Shown here in pieces: positions 1 through 7,615 of a DNA stretch of 52,495 nt. The stretch is from an uncultured Planctomycetales bacterium (GTDB lineage: Bacteria > Omnitrophota > Gorgyraeia > Gygaellales > Profunditerraquicolaceae): assembly GCA_964427405.1 (NCBI GenBank), contig CAYRUB010000011.1:1-52495 (forward strand), read 5' to 3'. The notes below the pieces were generated by a model, which saw only the letters and a list, made by a program, of their open reading frames with translations, was not told where the DNA came from and ran no database searches. The translations under genes were made by a program, and so were the position numbers. Every line of letters begins with the position of its first letter. Positions within the stretch are counted from its first letter, which is position 1.

Positions 1-214
1 CTTCTTTGATATAACGGGAAAAACGCTGATTGATTTGTTCAAGAAAACTACCCAGAGTAGCTTCTTCAGCTTCTGCCAATACTTCTACACGGCTGTCGCT
101 TAAATTCTTAACCCATCCGCAAACCTTAAAGGAACTAGCAATATCTTGGATGGTATAACGAAAACCTATACCCTGGACCTTGCCTGAGTAATAAACATGC
201 AGCTGTTTTTTCAT
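1..214 (-). CDS. acyP: acylphosphatase (N-terminal part; 3' end runs off the window)
   Basis: My own minus-strand translation from the ATG at 214..212 gives MKKQLHVYYSGKVQGIGFRYTIQDIASSFKVCGWVKNLSDSRVEVLAEAEEATLGSF... It carries the V-x-G-x-V-Q-G-x-x-F-R and GWV-x-N acylphosphatase signatures. Confidence 0.75.
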   Translation of the reverse strand, partial: MKKQLHVYYSGKVQGIGFRYTIQDIASSFKVCGWVKNLSDSRVEVLAEAEEATLGSFLEQINQRFSRYIKE

Positions 215-434
215 AACCTAAGCTATCTCCCGCTATCTAACCGCTTCGCGGTACTTTATCACGATACGCAAAAGTACCACTCGCAGATAACGGAATTAAC
301 TTGCAGACGCTTCGCTATAATTTACGTTGCCTTCGTTCTTTAATCACCCTACACTTACTCGCCAGCTCGTAAGTATTAAATTCGGCCAGCAAACTTATGT
401 CGCTATCGCTCCATAAGTTTGGGCCTCATTTAAG

Positions 435-509
435 TCGGGGCGACAGGACTTGAACCTGTGACCTCTTGAACCCCATTCAAGCGCTCTAGCCAAACTGAGC
501 CACGCCCCG
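435..509 (-). tRNA. tRNA-Pro (anticodon GGG)
   Basis: The minus strand folds as a cloverleaf. Acceptor is CGGGGCG/CGCCCCG, D arm GCTC..GAGC, anticodon stem CTTGA/TCAAG with loop ATGGGGT (U33, GGG, G37). Variable loop is AGGTC and the T arm is ACAGG-TTCAAGT-CCTGT, with discriminator A. CCA is not encoded. Confidence 0.9.
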
Positions 510-658
510 TATTACATCTGACATCAACACAATTTTCACACTAGTGAACACTGGCACAATTCAAATAAGCGCCAGGTGCCATATTAACGTTGGGTGCTGT
601 AAAATACCTAATAAAATAGTATACCAGAAATTTATAGACTTCGCAATAACAGAAAGGA

Positions 659-1234
659 TTATATGGCTGTTTTTTTAGCGAGGATGTCAAATTCTACATT
701 CAACTTATCAGACGGGCCCTTAAAGCTTAAGGTAGTGTTCTTAAGGGTATGAGGAATAACATAAACACTGAGAATATTCGCACGCCTTTCGGCTAAAGTC
801 AAACTTATCCCATCCAGAGAAACCGAGCCCTTGGGCAAACAGTAACGCATAAAACTGCTGGGAATTGCGACCTCAAATGCCAGGTTACCGCAACGTAACC
901 CTTTCCTGCGTACCAAACCTAAACAATCAATATGGCCGCTGACAAAATGCCCGGATACCCTATCTCCCAGTTTAAGGCTGCGCTCAAGGTTTACTTCTTC
1001 GCCGACTTTAAGCAACCCAAGATTTGTTTTTTTAAAGGTTTCGCACATAACTTCAAAACTAAACGAATTACTGCTAAGAGAAGTTACTGTAAGGCATACG
1101 CCATTAACCGCAACGCTATCCCCAACCAAGGTATCCTGCAGGGTTTTCTGTGCCGAAACCTCAAGCACCATAATCCTGCCTGAACGCATCGTTCTTTTGA
1201 CTTTGCCTAATTCCTCAACTATACCCGTAAACAT
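659..1234 (-). CDS. ribE: riboflavin synthase (alpha chain)
   Basis: The ORF begins MFTGIVEELGKV, followed by the internally duplicated lumazine-binding repeat (..GDSVAVNGVCLTV.. / ..GSVSLDGISLTL..). It is the last gene of the rib operon. Confidence 0.9.
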   Translation of the reverse strand: MFTGIVEELGKVKRTMRSGRIMVLEVSAQKTLQDTLVGDSVAVNGVCLTVTSLSSNSFSFEVMCETFKKTNLGLLKVGEEVNLERSLKLGDRVSGHFVSGHIDCLGLVRRKGLRCGNLAFEVAIPSSFMRYCLPKGSVSLDGISLTLAERRANILSVYVIPHTLKNTTLSFKGPSDKLNVEFDILAKKTAI

Positions 1235-2329
1235 TTATTTTATATTTGCCTCAATGAGCAAATCTTCTGCGAAACGCCTGATCTTTAACTCGCCCAACTT
1301 TATTGCCTGGTCAGCCCGCTTTACCCCTTTGCCCATTACCGAAGAAACCGCATTTTTACCCCCGATAATTTTAGGACTGATAAAAAATAATATCTTATCT
1401 ACCAGCCTCTCATCAAAGAGCGAACCAATAAGCGTGCCTCCGCCTTCAACAATAATATTGCTGATTTTTAACCGGGCTAATTTCTTAAGCGCATCGCGCA
1501 GATTAATCTGACCGTCCTTTTCTTTAACCTCAAGGACTATGGCTTTAGCAGATAAACTCTTACGATTTTCTGTCTCTTGGCCTGGCCGGCTCGGTAAAGT
1601 AACAATAATTACCTTACTTTGCCCTGAGAAAATATTGGCATTTTCAGGCGTGCTTAAATTACTATCAATAATTATCTTAACTAGCTGCCTCTGCGATGAT
1701 ACAGCGTTAAGGCGCGGGTTGTCCCGCAACACGGTATTTACCCCCACCATAATCGCATCGTAATCCTTACGTATCTTATGCGCAAAAACTCGCGACTTAT
1801 CCGAAGTAATCCATTTGGAATCACCGGTAAAAGTAGCAATACGGCCATCAAGAGACTCGGCAACTTTAACCGTAATAAAAGGAATACCGGTAGCAATATA
1901 TTTTATAAAACCCTCATTAATCTTTCTTAACTGTTCATTTAAAACTCCCAGTTTTACCTTAATATTACCCTGCTTAAGTAACAAAACACCCTTGCCATTA
2001 TTTAAAGGGTTGGGGTCAATCATACCGACAACTACCTCTTTTATACCGCTTTGGATTATACGATTAACACAAGGAGGGGTGCGGCCCGTATGCGCGCACG
2101 GCTCAAGCGTAACAAACAAAGTAGCCCCTTTGGCATTCTTACCTGCTTCATCCAAAGCGACAATCTCCGCATGTGCCAGGCCGGCCTTAGCATGAAAACC
2201 TTTGCCGATAATCTTTCCATCCTTTACCACTAATGCGCCTACCAGAGGATTAGGAGAAGTCTTACCCTTTGCCTTAAGGGCCAACTTTAAAGCCAGGCCC
2301 ATATAATATTCATCTGTTTTATTAATCAT
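1235..2329 (-). CDS. ribD: bifunctional diaminohydroxyphosphoribosylaminopyrimidine deaminase / 5-amino-6-(5-phosphoribosylamino)uracil reductase
   Basis: It has the CMP/dCMP-type deaminase zinc motifs HAEIVAL and LEPCAHTGRTPPC, then a RibD C-terminal reductase domain. It abuts ribE. Confidence 0.9.
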   Translation of the reverse strand: MINKTDEYYMGLALKLALKAKGKTSPNPLVGALVVKDGKIIGKGFHAKAGLAHAEIVALDEAGKNAKGATLFVTLEPCAHTGRTPPCVNRIIQSGIKEVVVGMIDPNPLNNGKGVLLLKQGNIKVKLGVLNEQLRKINEGFIKYIATGIPFITVKVAESLDGRIATFTGDSKWITSDKSRVFAHKIRKDYDAIMVGVNTVLRDNPRLNAVSSQRQLVKIIIDSNLSTPENANIFSGQSKVIIVTLPSRPGQETENRKSLSAKAIVLEVKEKDGQINLRDALKKLARLKISNIIVEGGGTLIGSLFDERLVDKILFFISPKIIGGKNAVSSVMGKGVKRADQAIKLGELKIRRFAEDLLIEANIK

Positions 2330-3141
2330 CCCCTAACCTGGCGCAACTTCTCCACCAGCTCAATAGGTATTTTAATTGCCCCTAATTTTATGTCAGGTTT
2401 TACGCTACCGTGAAAGTCCGAGCCTCCAGTGACCAAAAGATTAAGTTTTTTAGCCAAATCCAGATAAAAATTAACCATAGACTGGGAATGCTCAGGATAA
2501 TAAACCTCTATACCTTGTAATCCATAACCGGCAAGCTCGGTAATCAATGCGTCATCGTGCAATATGTACGGGTGCGCCAAGACAGCTACGCCCCCGGCAC
2601 CTTTAATCAGATTTATTGCCTCAACCGGAGAAAGGCTAAAACCCAAAACATAGGCCGGAGATTTATCCCCTATGTATTTGCGGAACGCCTCAGCCGTAGT
2701 AGTAACCCAGCCACCTTTAACTAATGCCCGGGCAATATGCATCCTGCCTACGGTACCTTTGCCGGAGATATCAAAAACATCCTGGGCATTAAGCTTTACC
2801 CCCTGCTGTTCTAAATTATTTACAATTTTATGCACGCGTTCAATACGGTTAAGTTGCACTAAATTCAGTTTCTCAAGTAATGCCTTATTCTGTAAATCCA
2901 GAAAATAACCGAGTATATGAATCTCCTGGCCCTCATATTGCGCAGTTAACTCGATGCCGGCGATAACCTCTAAGTCCGCACCCTGCGCCGCAACCTCAGC
3001 CTCGGGGATCCCCCCTACCGTATCGTGGTCAACTATGGCAATAGCTGAAAGCCCGCGGGAAAGCGCCTCTCTAACTAATTGCTTAGGCGTCAATGTGCCA
3101 TCGCTCTCAGCGGTATGCACATGCAAATCAGCGTATTTCAC
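2326..3141 (-). CDS. PHP-family metal-dependent phosphoesterase (TrpH/YciV-like)
   Basis: The N-terminus DLHVHTAESDG and the ..AIVDHDTV.. segment are typical of the PHP fold. It overlaps the nusB stop and the ribD start by 4 nt on each side. Confidence 0.8.
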   Translation of the reverse strand: MKYADLHVHTAESDGTLTPKQLVREALSRGLSAIAIVDHDTVGGIPEAEVAAQGADLEVIAGIELTAQYEGQEIHILGYFLDLQNKALLEKLNLVQLNRIERVHKIVNNLEQQGVKLNAQDVFDISGKGTVGRMHIARALVKGGWVTTTAEAFRKYIGDKSPAYVLGFSLSPVEAINLIKGAGGVAVLAHPYILHDDALITELAGYGLQGIEVYYPEHSQSMVNFYLDLAKKLNLLVTGGSDFHGSVKPDIKLGAIKIPIELVEKLRQVRG

Positions 3142-3557
3142 TTTTTTTCTTTCTCGATTTTTATTTGATCCAATATGGCATTGACAAACTTGCCAGACTC
3201 AGATCCGGAATATTTCTTGGCCAGTTCTACTGCTTCATTTATTGTTACTTTCGGCGGGATATCCTCGCGGAAAATAAGCTCAAAACAACCTAAGCGCATG
3301 ATATTACGGTCTACAAATGCCATACGTTCAAGCTGCCAGTTTGCAGCATATTTACTGATCTTTTTATCAATCTCCTGCATATGCTCAACTACTCCTCCGA
3401 GTAGCTCCGCGGAAAAATCCTTAAGCTCAGATGGAATATTTTCCTGTTCATTAGACTCCCAAAAACTTTTCAGAGTCTCTTGCCAGTTACCCCGGGTAAT
3501 ATCCACCTGATAGAGCATTTGCAATACATATTCACGAGCCTTAGTGCGTTTACGCAT
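3138..3557 (-). CDS. nusB: transcription antitermination factor NusB
   Basis: The 139-aa sequence (MRKRTKAREYVLQMLYQVD...) is NusB-like. It shows the classic ribH-nusB adjacency. Confidence 0.9.
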   Translation of the reverse strand: MRKRTKAREYVLQMLYQVDITRGNWQETLKSFWESNEQENIPSELKDFSAELLGGVVEHMQEIDKKISKYAANWQLERMAFVDRNIMRLGCFELIFREDIPPKVTINEAVELAKKYSGSESGKFVNAILDQIKIEKEKK

Positions 3558-3564
3558 GGGATTA

Positions 3565-4032
3565 TTATTTCAACTGTTCTGTTAAATTCACCATCTCAAT
3601 AGCCGAAAGCGCTGCGTCGCGGCCCTTATTGCCATCCTTAGAGCCTGAACGTTCCACTGCCTGCTCAATACTATCGGCGGTAATTATACCAAAGATAACC
3701 GGAATTCCGCTATCCAAAGAAACCTTGGCTACGCCTTTTGCCACTTCAGAAGCAATATAATCAAAATGCGGAGTCGCCCCCCGGATAACCGTGCCTAAAC
3801 AAATCAAAGCGTCAAATGATTTGCTCTTAGCCATCTTCTGCGCAATAGCCGGAACCTCAAACGCCCCGGGAACCCAGGCCACAGTAATATTCTTATCATC
3901 TGCGCCATGCCTTGTCAACGTATCAATACAGCCGCTTACCAGCTCCTTAGTCATAAAATCATTGAACCGCGAAGCCACTAACCCGAAAGATTTTCCTTTT
4001 GCCAACAAATTACCTTCAATCACTTTTACCAT
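3565..4032 (-). CDS. ribH: 6,7-dimethyl-8-ribityllumazine synthase
   Basis: The 155-aa sequence contains ..[33 protein letters not shown].., which are lumazine synthase signatures. Confidence 0.95.
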   Translation of the reverse strand: MVKVIEGNLLAKGKSFGLVASRFNDFMTKELVSGCIDTLTRHGADDKNITVAWVPGAFEVPAIAQKMAKSKSFDALICLGTVIRGATPHFDYIASEVAKGVAKVSLDSGIPVIFGIITADSIEQAVERSGSKDGNKGRDAALSAIEMVNLTEQLK

Positions 4033-4047
4033 CTTATTCTCCTTTCG

Positions 4048-5256
4048 TTAAATGTCTATCTGATGCCCCATCTTTTCTTTCTTCGTCTTAAGATATTTAT
4101 AATTCTCCGCATTAGGCTCAATCTCTAAAGGCACGCGCTCACAAACCTTCAGGCCGTATCCTTCCAGACCAACAATTTTACGCGGATTATTAGTTAATAA
4201 CCTTATCTGCTTAATCCCCAAGTCTACAAGGATCTGGGCGCCAATGCCATAATCGCGCAGGTCGGCTTTATGCCCTAACGCTTCATTTGCCTCAACCGTA
4301 TCCATTCCTTTATCCTGAAGATTATAAGCACGCAATTTCTCAACCAGGCCTATACCCCGGCCCTCCTGGTGCATATAAAGGATTACGCCTTTTTTCTCAA
4401 GAGAAATAATCTGCATAGCCTTTTCTAATTGCTTGCCGCAATCACAGCGCAATGAACCAAAAACATCCCCCGTTAAACACTCCGAATGCACGCGTACCAA
4501 TATTGCTTCATCCGACCATTTCCCCATACAAAGCGCCAGATGCGTCTGGTCACAGGTCTTATCACGGTAAATAATTAATCTGAACTCTCCAAATTTAGTC
4601 GGCAACTTAGTCTCAACTATTACCTCAACCAGCTTCTCTTTTCTGCGGCGATATTCAATAAGGCTGGCAATAGTACAAATCTTCAAAGCATGTTTATGAG
4701 CAAACTCCAAAAGCTGCGGCAAGCGTGCCATAGAACCATCGTCATTCATAATCTCACAAATCACTCCTGCCGGATAAAGTCCGGCAAGACGCATCAAATC
4801 CAAACTTGCTTCAGTATGCCCTGCCCTTACCAAAACACCTCCCCGCCGCGAACGCAAAGGAAAGATATGCCCGGGGCGCGCCAGATCTTCCGGACGGCTT
4901 CGTGCATTAATTAAAACCTCAATTGTCCTAGCCCGGTCATAAGCAGAGATTCCCGTAGTAACACCCTTGGCGGCATCAACAGAAATCATCCAGGCAGTCT
5001 TAAAAGGATCTTCGGCATTGGCTTGCAAGGTATTTTTAAGCATAGGGTCAAGCTCTAATAAACGCAACCTTTCCTCCTCCATGGGCACGCAAATAAGCCC
5101 ACGGCCAAACTTGGCCATAAAGTTTATGTCTTCAGGCTTAACAAATGAAGAGGCCATTACCAGGTCACCCTCATTCTCGCGGTCTTCGTCATCAACCACA
5201 ATAACCATCTTGCCCGATTTTAAATCTTCGATAATCTCAGATATGTCATTAAACAT
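4048..5256 (-). CDS. ribBA: bifunctional 3,4-dihydroxy-2-butanone-4-phosphate synthase / GTP cyclohydrolase II
   Basis: The DHBP synthase part contains ..[11 protein letters not shown].. and the GCH-II part contains ..[19 protein letters not shown]... I moved the start to the ATG at 5256 (MFNDISEII). The 11-codon upstream extension in the ORF track covers the riboswitch terminator, and GAGG lies 6 nt before this ATG. Confidence 0.9.
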   Translation of the reverse strand: MFNDISEIIEDLKSGKMVIVVDDEDRENEGDLVMASSFVKPEDINFMAKFGRGLICVPMEEERLRLLELDPMLKNTLQANAEDPFKTAWMISVDAAKGVTTGISAYDRARTIEVLINARSRPEDLARPGHIFPLRSRRGGVLVRAGHTEASLDLMRLAGLYPAGVICEIMNDDGSMARLPQLLEFAHKHALKICTIASLIEYRRRKEKLVEVIVETKLPTKFGEFRLIIYRDKTCDQTHLALCMGKWSDEAILVRVHSECLTGDVFGSLRCDCGKQLEKAMQIISLEKKGVILYMHQEGRGIGLVEKLRAYNLQDKGMDTVEANEALGHKADLRDYGIGAQILVDLGIKQIRLLTNNPRKIVGLEGYGLKVCERVPLEIEPNAENYKYLKTKKEKMGHQIDI

Positions 5257-5267
5257 GCTAGCCTCAA

Positions 5268-5297
5268 TAAAAAAACAACCCAAAGACAATCTTTGGG
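5268..5297 (-). terminator. intrinsic terminator that forms the expression platform of the FMN riboswitch
   Basis: On the minus strand the hairpin CCCAAAG-attgt-CTTTGGG is followed by TTGTTTTTTTATT. It lies between the aptamer and the ribBA SD/ATG. Confidence 0.6.
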
Positions 5298-5311
5298 CGT
5301 ATTAATTTTAA

Positions 5312-5433
5312 TCTTTTTCCATCTGGACTCTAACCATCGGCCCTGGAATTTCACCAGATCTGCTGACGCTAAAACCTTGCGTCTGCTCGCGGGCTAAACC
5401 GCCGGTAAGGATTTTCACCTTGCCCTAAAGATT
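5312..5433 (-). promoter_or_regulatory. FMN riboswitch (RFN element) aptamer
   Basis: The minus strand reads CTTTAGGGCAAGGTGAAAATCCTTACCGGCGGTTTAGCCCGCGAGC...CAGCAGATCTGGTGAAATTCCAGGGCCGATGGTTAGAGTCCAGATGGAAAAAGA. This matches the conserved RFN core blocks (GGTGAAAxTCC, ACCGGCGGT, AGCCCGCGAGC, CAGCAGATCTGGTGA, GCCGA-GGT-A-AGTCC-GATGG). It lies directly upstream of ribBA. Confidence 0.88.
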
Positions 5434-5443
5434 AATTGGTTAT

Positions 5444-5471
5444 ATCATACCAGAAAAACCGGGCTTGTCAA
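5444..5471 (-). promoter_or_regulatory. sigma70-type promoter of the riboswitch/rib operon
   Basis: On the minus strand, TTGACA (5471..5466) is followed by a 16-nt spacer and TGGTATGAT, an extended -10 with hexamer at 5449..5444. The aptamer P1 begins about 12 nt downstream. Confidence 0.55.
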
Positions 5472-5493
5472 TATAATTAAAAACGGCTATAAT
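5465..5493 (+). promoter_or_regulatory. sigma70-type promoter of the pncC/cinA-like gene (likely leaderless mRNA)
   Basis: TTGTCA (5465-5470) is followed by a 17-nt spacer and TATAAT (5488-5493). The ATG at 5501 is only 7 nt past the -10 and there is no SD. Confidence 0.55.
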
Positions 5494-5500
5494 AGCGATA

Positions 5501-5971
5501 ATGCCAGATAAAATATTAACTAAGATCCATAAAAAATTACTTAAGCAGGGGAAAACTATCGCTATAGCCGAATCCTGCACCGGAGGCCTGCTTTGCGGCC
5601 AGTTAACTAAAAACCCGGGCGCCTCGAATTATTTCCTTCTGGGGGTAGTTGCTTACAGTAACAAATCCAAAGAAGCAATACTGCAAATTCCCGCAAAACT
5701 CATCTCTAAATACGGCGCTGTCTCCCGCCAGGTTGCAATATCTATGGCCAAGAACATCCGTAAAAAATCAAAAGCAGATTTAGGCATCAGTATAACCGGC
5801 CTTGCCGGGCCGACTGGCGCAACCATAAATAAACCAATAGGCACTGTCTTTATCTGCCTGTCCGTAAAAAATAAAAACATCTGCCGGGCATTTTCTTTTC
5901 CGGGCAGCCGAAAAGAAATCCGCAAGAAAACAATCCAAGAAGCTTTGCGTTTATTATGCGCGTATTTATAG
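5501..5971 (+). CDS. pncC: CinA C-terminal domain protein / nicotinamide-nucleotide amidohydrolase PncC-like
   Basis: The 156-aa sequence contains ..TIAIAESCTGGLL.. and ..LGISITGLAGP..G.VFI.., which are hallmarks of the CinA/PncC domain. Confidence 0.85.
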   Translation: MPDKILTKIHKKLLKQGKTIAIAESCTGGLLCGQLTKNPGASNYFLLGVVAYSNKSKEAILQIPAKLISKYGAVSRQVAISMAKNIRKKSKADLGISITGLAGPTGATINKPIGTVFICLSVKNKNICRAFSFPGSRKEIRKKTIQEALRLLCAYL

Positions 5972-6600
5972 CTATAGAACTGCCGGCAGAAATCAAAAAT
6001 GCCCTTTCCGGGATACAGGAAAAATTAAAAATTGAGCTCCTTACGCCTTCATCCAGCGAAATCCTTGCGTTGCGCGCAAGGACCTTGCCCTTTAGGGCAA
6101 AAATGAATAGCGGCCGCGAGAGTATCAGCTGGGTCAAATCGCAAAACCTGCATCTTACGCTAAGATTCCTCGGCGATATATCTTCTGAACAACTAATCCA
6201 GATCAAACAATTAATCACAGAAATAACAAAAACAGCTTCCGGTTTTAAAATTAAACTGGAGGCTCTGGGAGTTTTCCCTAACGCGCATGCTCCACGGATA
6301 GTTTGGATAGGAACAAATCGACCACCTTTAGAGCTAAAACAACTTGCAAAACAATTAGAAACAAAACTTCCGGTATCAGGAATACCCCAAGAAGAGCGAT
6401 CTTTCCGCGCGCATATTACCATCGGACGCATAAAATCCCGTCTCGTTACTTCTGATTTAAAAAAAGCTTTTGACAAAGTAGAAAAAGATGTAATTAATGC
6501 AAGTTGGGAACTTAAATGCGGAAGGATTACTTTATTTGAAAGCACGCTTGGCCCGGGCGGGCCGACTTATACAGTCCTAGAAAAATTTAAAATTACCTGA
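5956..6600 (+). CDS. thpR: RNA 2',3'-cyclic phosphodiesterase (2H family, ThpR/LigT)
   Basis: It has two H-x-T/S-x motifs (HLTLRFLG and HITIGRIK) in a 214-aa protein that starts MRVFIAIELP. Confidence 0.85.
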   Translation: MRVFIAIELPAEIKNALSGIQEKLKIELLTPSSSEILALRARTLPFRAKMNSGRESISWVKSQNLHLTLRFLGDISSEQLIQIKQLITEITKTASGFKIKLEALGVFPNAHAPRIVWIGTNRPPLELKQLAKQLETKLPVSGIPQEERSFRAHITIGRIKSRLVTSDLKKAFDKVEKDVINASWELKCGRITLFESTLGPGGPTYTVLEKFKIT

Positions 6601-7040
6601 AGCACGATGTTAGTATAGATACCTGCAACTAAATCATCCCCCATCACACCAATTGCTCCATGTAAATCCTGCAACTTTCCTGCGGGAAAAGGTTTGAGCA
6701 TATCAAGAATACGGAATATAAGAAAAGCTAAAACGACTATCTTTGGATCGGCCGGTAAGAAACTAAGGGCAATAAGCATGCCCATTACTTCATCAATAAC
6801 GATACAACCCGGGTCTTTCTTGTTTAACAGCTTTTCCGCTTTTCCGCTGGTTAGTAACCCTAAGATCATTATGCAAAAGACAAACAGAAAATAACCGCTC
6901 CGGCTGCCTCCAGCAAGCAGATAAAATATACCTACCCCGGCGATGCTACCGAATGTCCCCGGGATCAAAGGTAAATATCCGATAAAAAAGAATGTGCTAA
7001 TTAACTTAATCAGTAAATCGCGCAATGCGCCAGGCCTCAT
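6567..7040 (-). CDS. pgpA: phosphatidylglycerophosphatase A
   Basis: It carries the ..FFIGYLPLIPGTFGS.. PgpA signature and is polytopic. It is translationally coupled to pgsA. Confidence 0.85.
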   Translation of the reverse strand: MRPGALRDLLIKLISTFFFIGYLPLIPGTFGSIAGVGIFYLLAGGSRSGYFLFVFCIMILGLLTSGKAEKLLNKKDPGCIVIDEVMGMLIALSFLPADPKIVVLAFLIFRILDMLKPFPAGKLQDLHGAIGVMGDDLVAGIYTNIVLQVILNFSRTV

Positions 7041-7615
7041 AGTCGGGTAATTATCTTACGGTTTTCCCAAAGATATGACAGTCCGGAATAAAGAGTCAAG
7101 CCCACGGTAAGTAACATAAGGAAAAATATCCCCTGGCGGAAAATCTTCTCCCAGGCAGGATTCCAGGTAGAATATTTGAGTACTATTTCTTTAAGCAGGA
7201 TAAAACCAAGAATAGTAAATATCACTGCCATCTGTAACACTGTTTTATGTTTTCCGGCGCGTGCCGCAGAGAGCACCTTACCTTTGTTTAAGGCAAACAG
7301 GCGCAAAGAAGTAATCATAATTTCACGCGCGATAATAATCACAAACATCCAGGCATCAATCAGCTGTAACTGCACAAATGCCGCAAAAGCCGCCAACACC
7401 AGGATTTTATCGGCGATAGGATCCATCAACCTGCCAAAATCCGTCACCATATTCCTGCGTTGCGCAATCATACCGTCAAAGTAATCTGATAAAGCAGCCA
7501 GGATAAAAACCACCAGGCTAATGGCCTTAGCCCAAAGGCCATTGCAAAACAAAAAAAACATAAACACAAAAGTTAATAAAATTCTCGACATGGTCAAACG
7601 ATTGGCAAGATTCAT
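7037..7615 (-). CDS. pgsA: CDP-diacylglycerol--glycerol-3-phosphate 3-phosphatidyltransferase
   Basis: It carries the CDP-alcohol phosphatidyltransferase motif D-G-x2-A-R-x8-G-x3-D-x3-D (DYFDGMIAQRRNMVTDFGRLMDPIADK). Confidence 0.9.
   Translation of the reverse strand: MNLANRLTMSRILLTFVFMFFLFCNGLWAKAISLVVFILAALSDYFDGMIAQRRNMVTDFGRLMDPIADKILVLAAFAAFVQLQLIDAWMFVIIIAREIMITSLRLFALNKGKVLSAARAGKHKTVLQMAVIFTILGFILLKEIVLKYSTWNPAWEKIFRQGIFFLMLLTVGLTLYSGLSYLWENRKIITRL

Noticed and set aside
560-590. A sigma54-like TGGCAC motif appears in ATGGCACCTGGCGCTT on the minus strand upstream of tRNA-Pro.
   Set aside because: The GG-to-GC spacing is 10 rather than the 12 of the TGGCACG-N4-TTGCW consensus, and there is no TTGC element. 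It is probably a chance match.
435-658. I looked for an integrated mobile element at tRNA-Pro.
   Set aside because: tRNA genes are common integration sites. However, there is no integrase, no direct repeat of the tRNA 3' end, and no compositional break on either side.
5257-5289. An 11-codon N-terminal extension of the ribBA ORF ([11 protein letters not shown]) appears in the ORF track.
   Set aside because: It covers the riboswitch terminator hairpin and U-tract. A GAGG SD precedes the internal ATG at 5256, where the conserved DHBP synthase sequence begins.
5850-6545. A 231-aa minus-strand ORF lies antisense to thpR. Similar long antisense ORFs lie at 41575-42069, 47802-48335, 49909-50283 and 50435-50959.
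   Set aside because: Each is fully nested opposite a gene with clear family motifs. Their sequences are Ser/Leu/Ile-rich and low in complexity, as is typical of antisense frames. None has an SD.
6567-6600. The 34-nt convergent overlap of the thpR and pgpA 3' ends could be a regulatory antisense arrangement.
   Set aside because: It is probably a by-product of genome compaction. There is no structure or motif in the overlap, and the exact ends depend only on stop codons.
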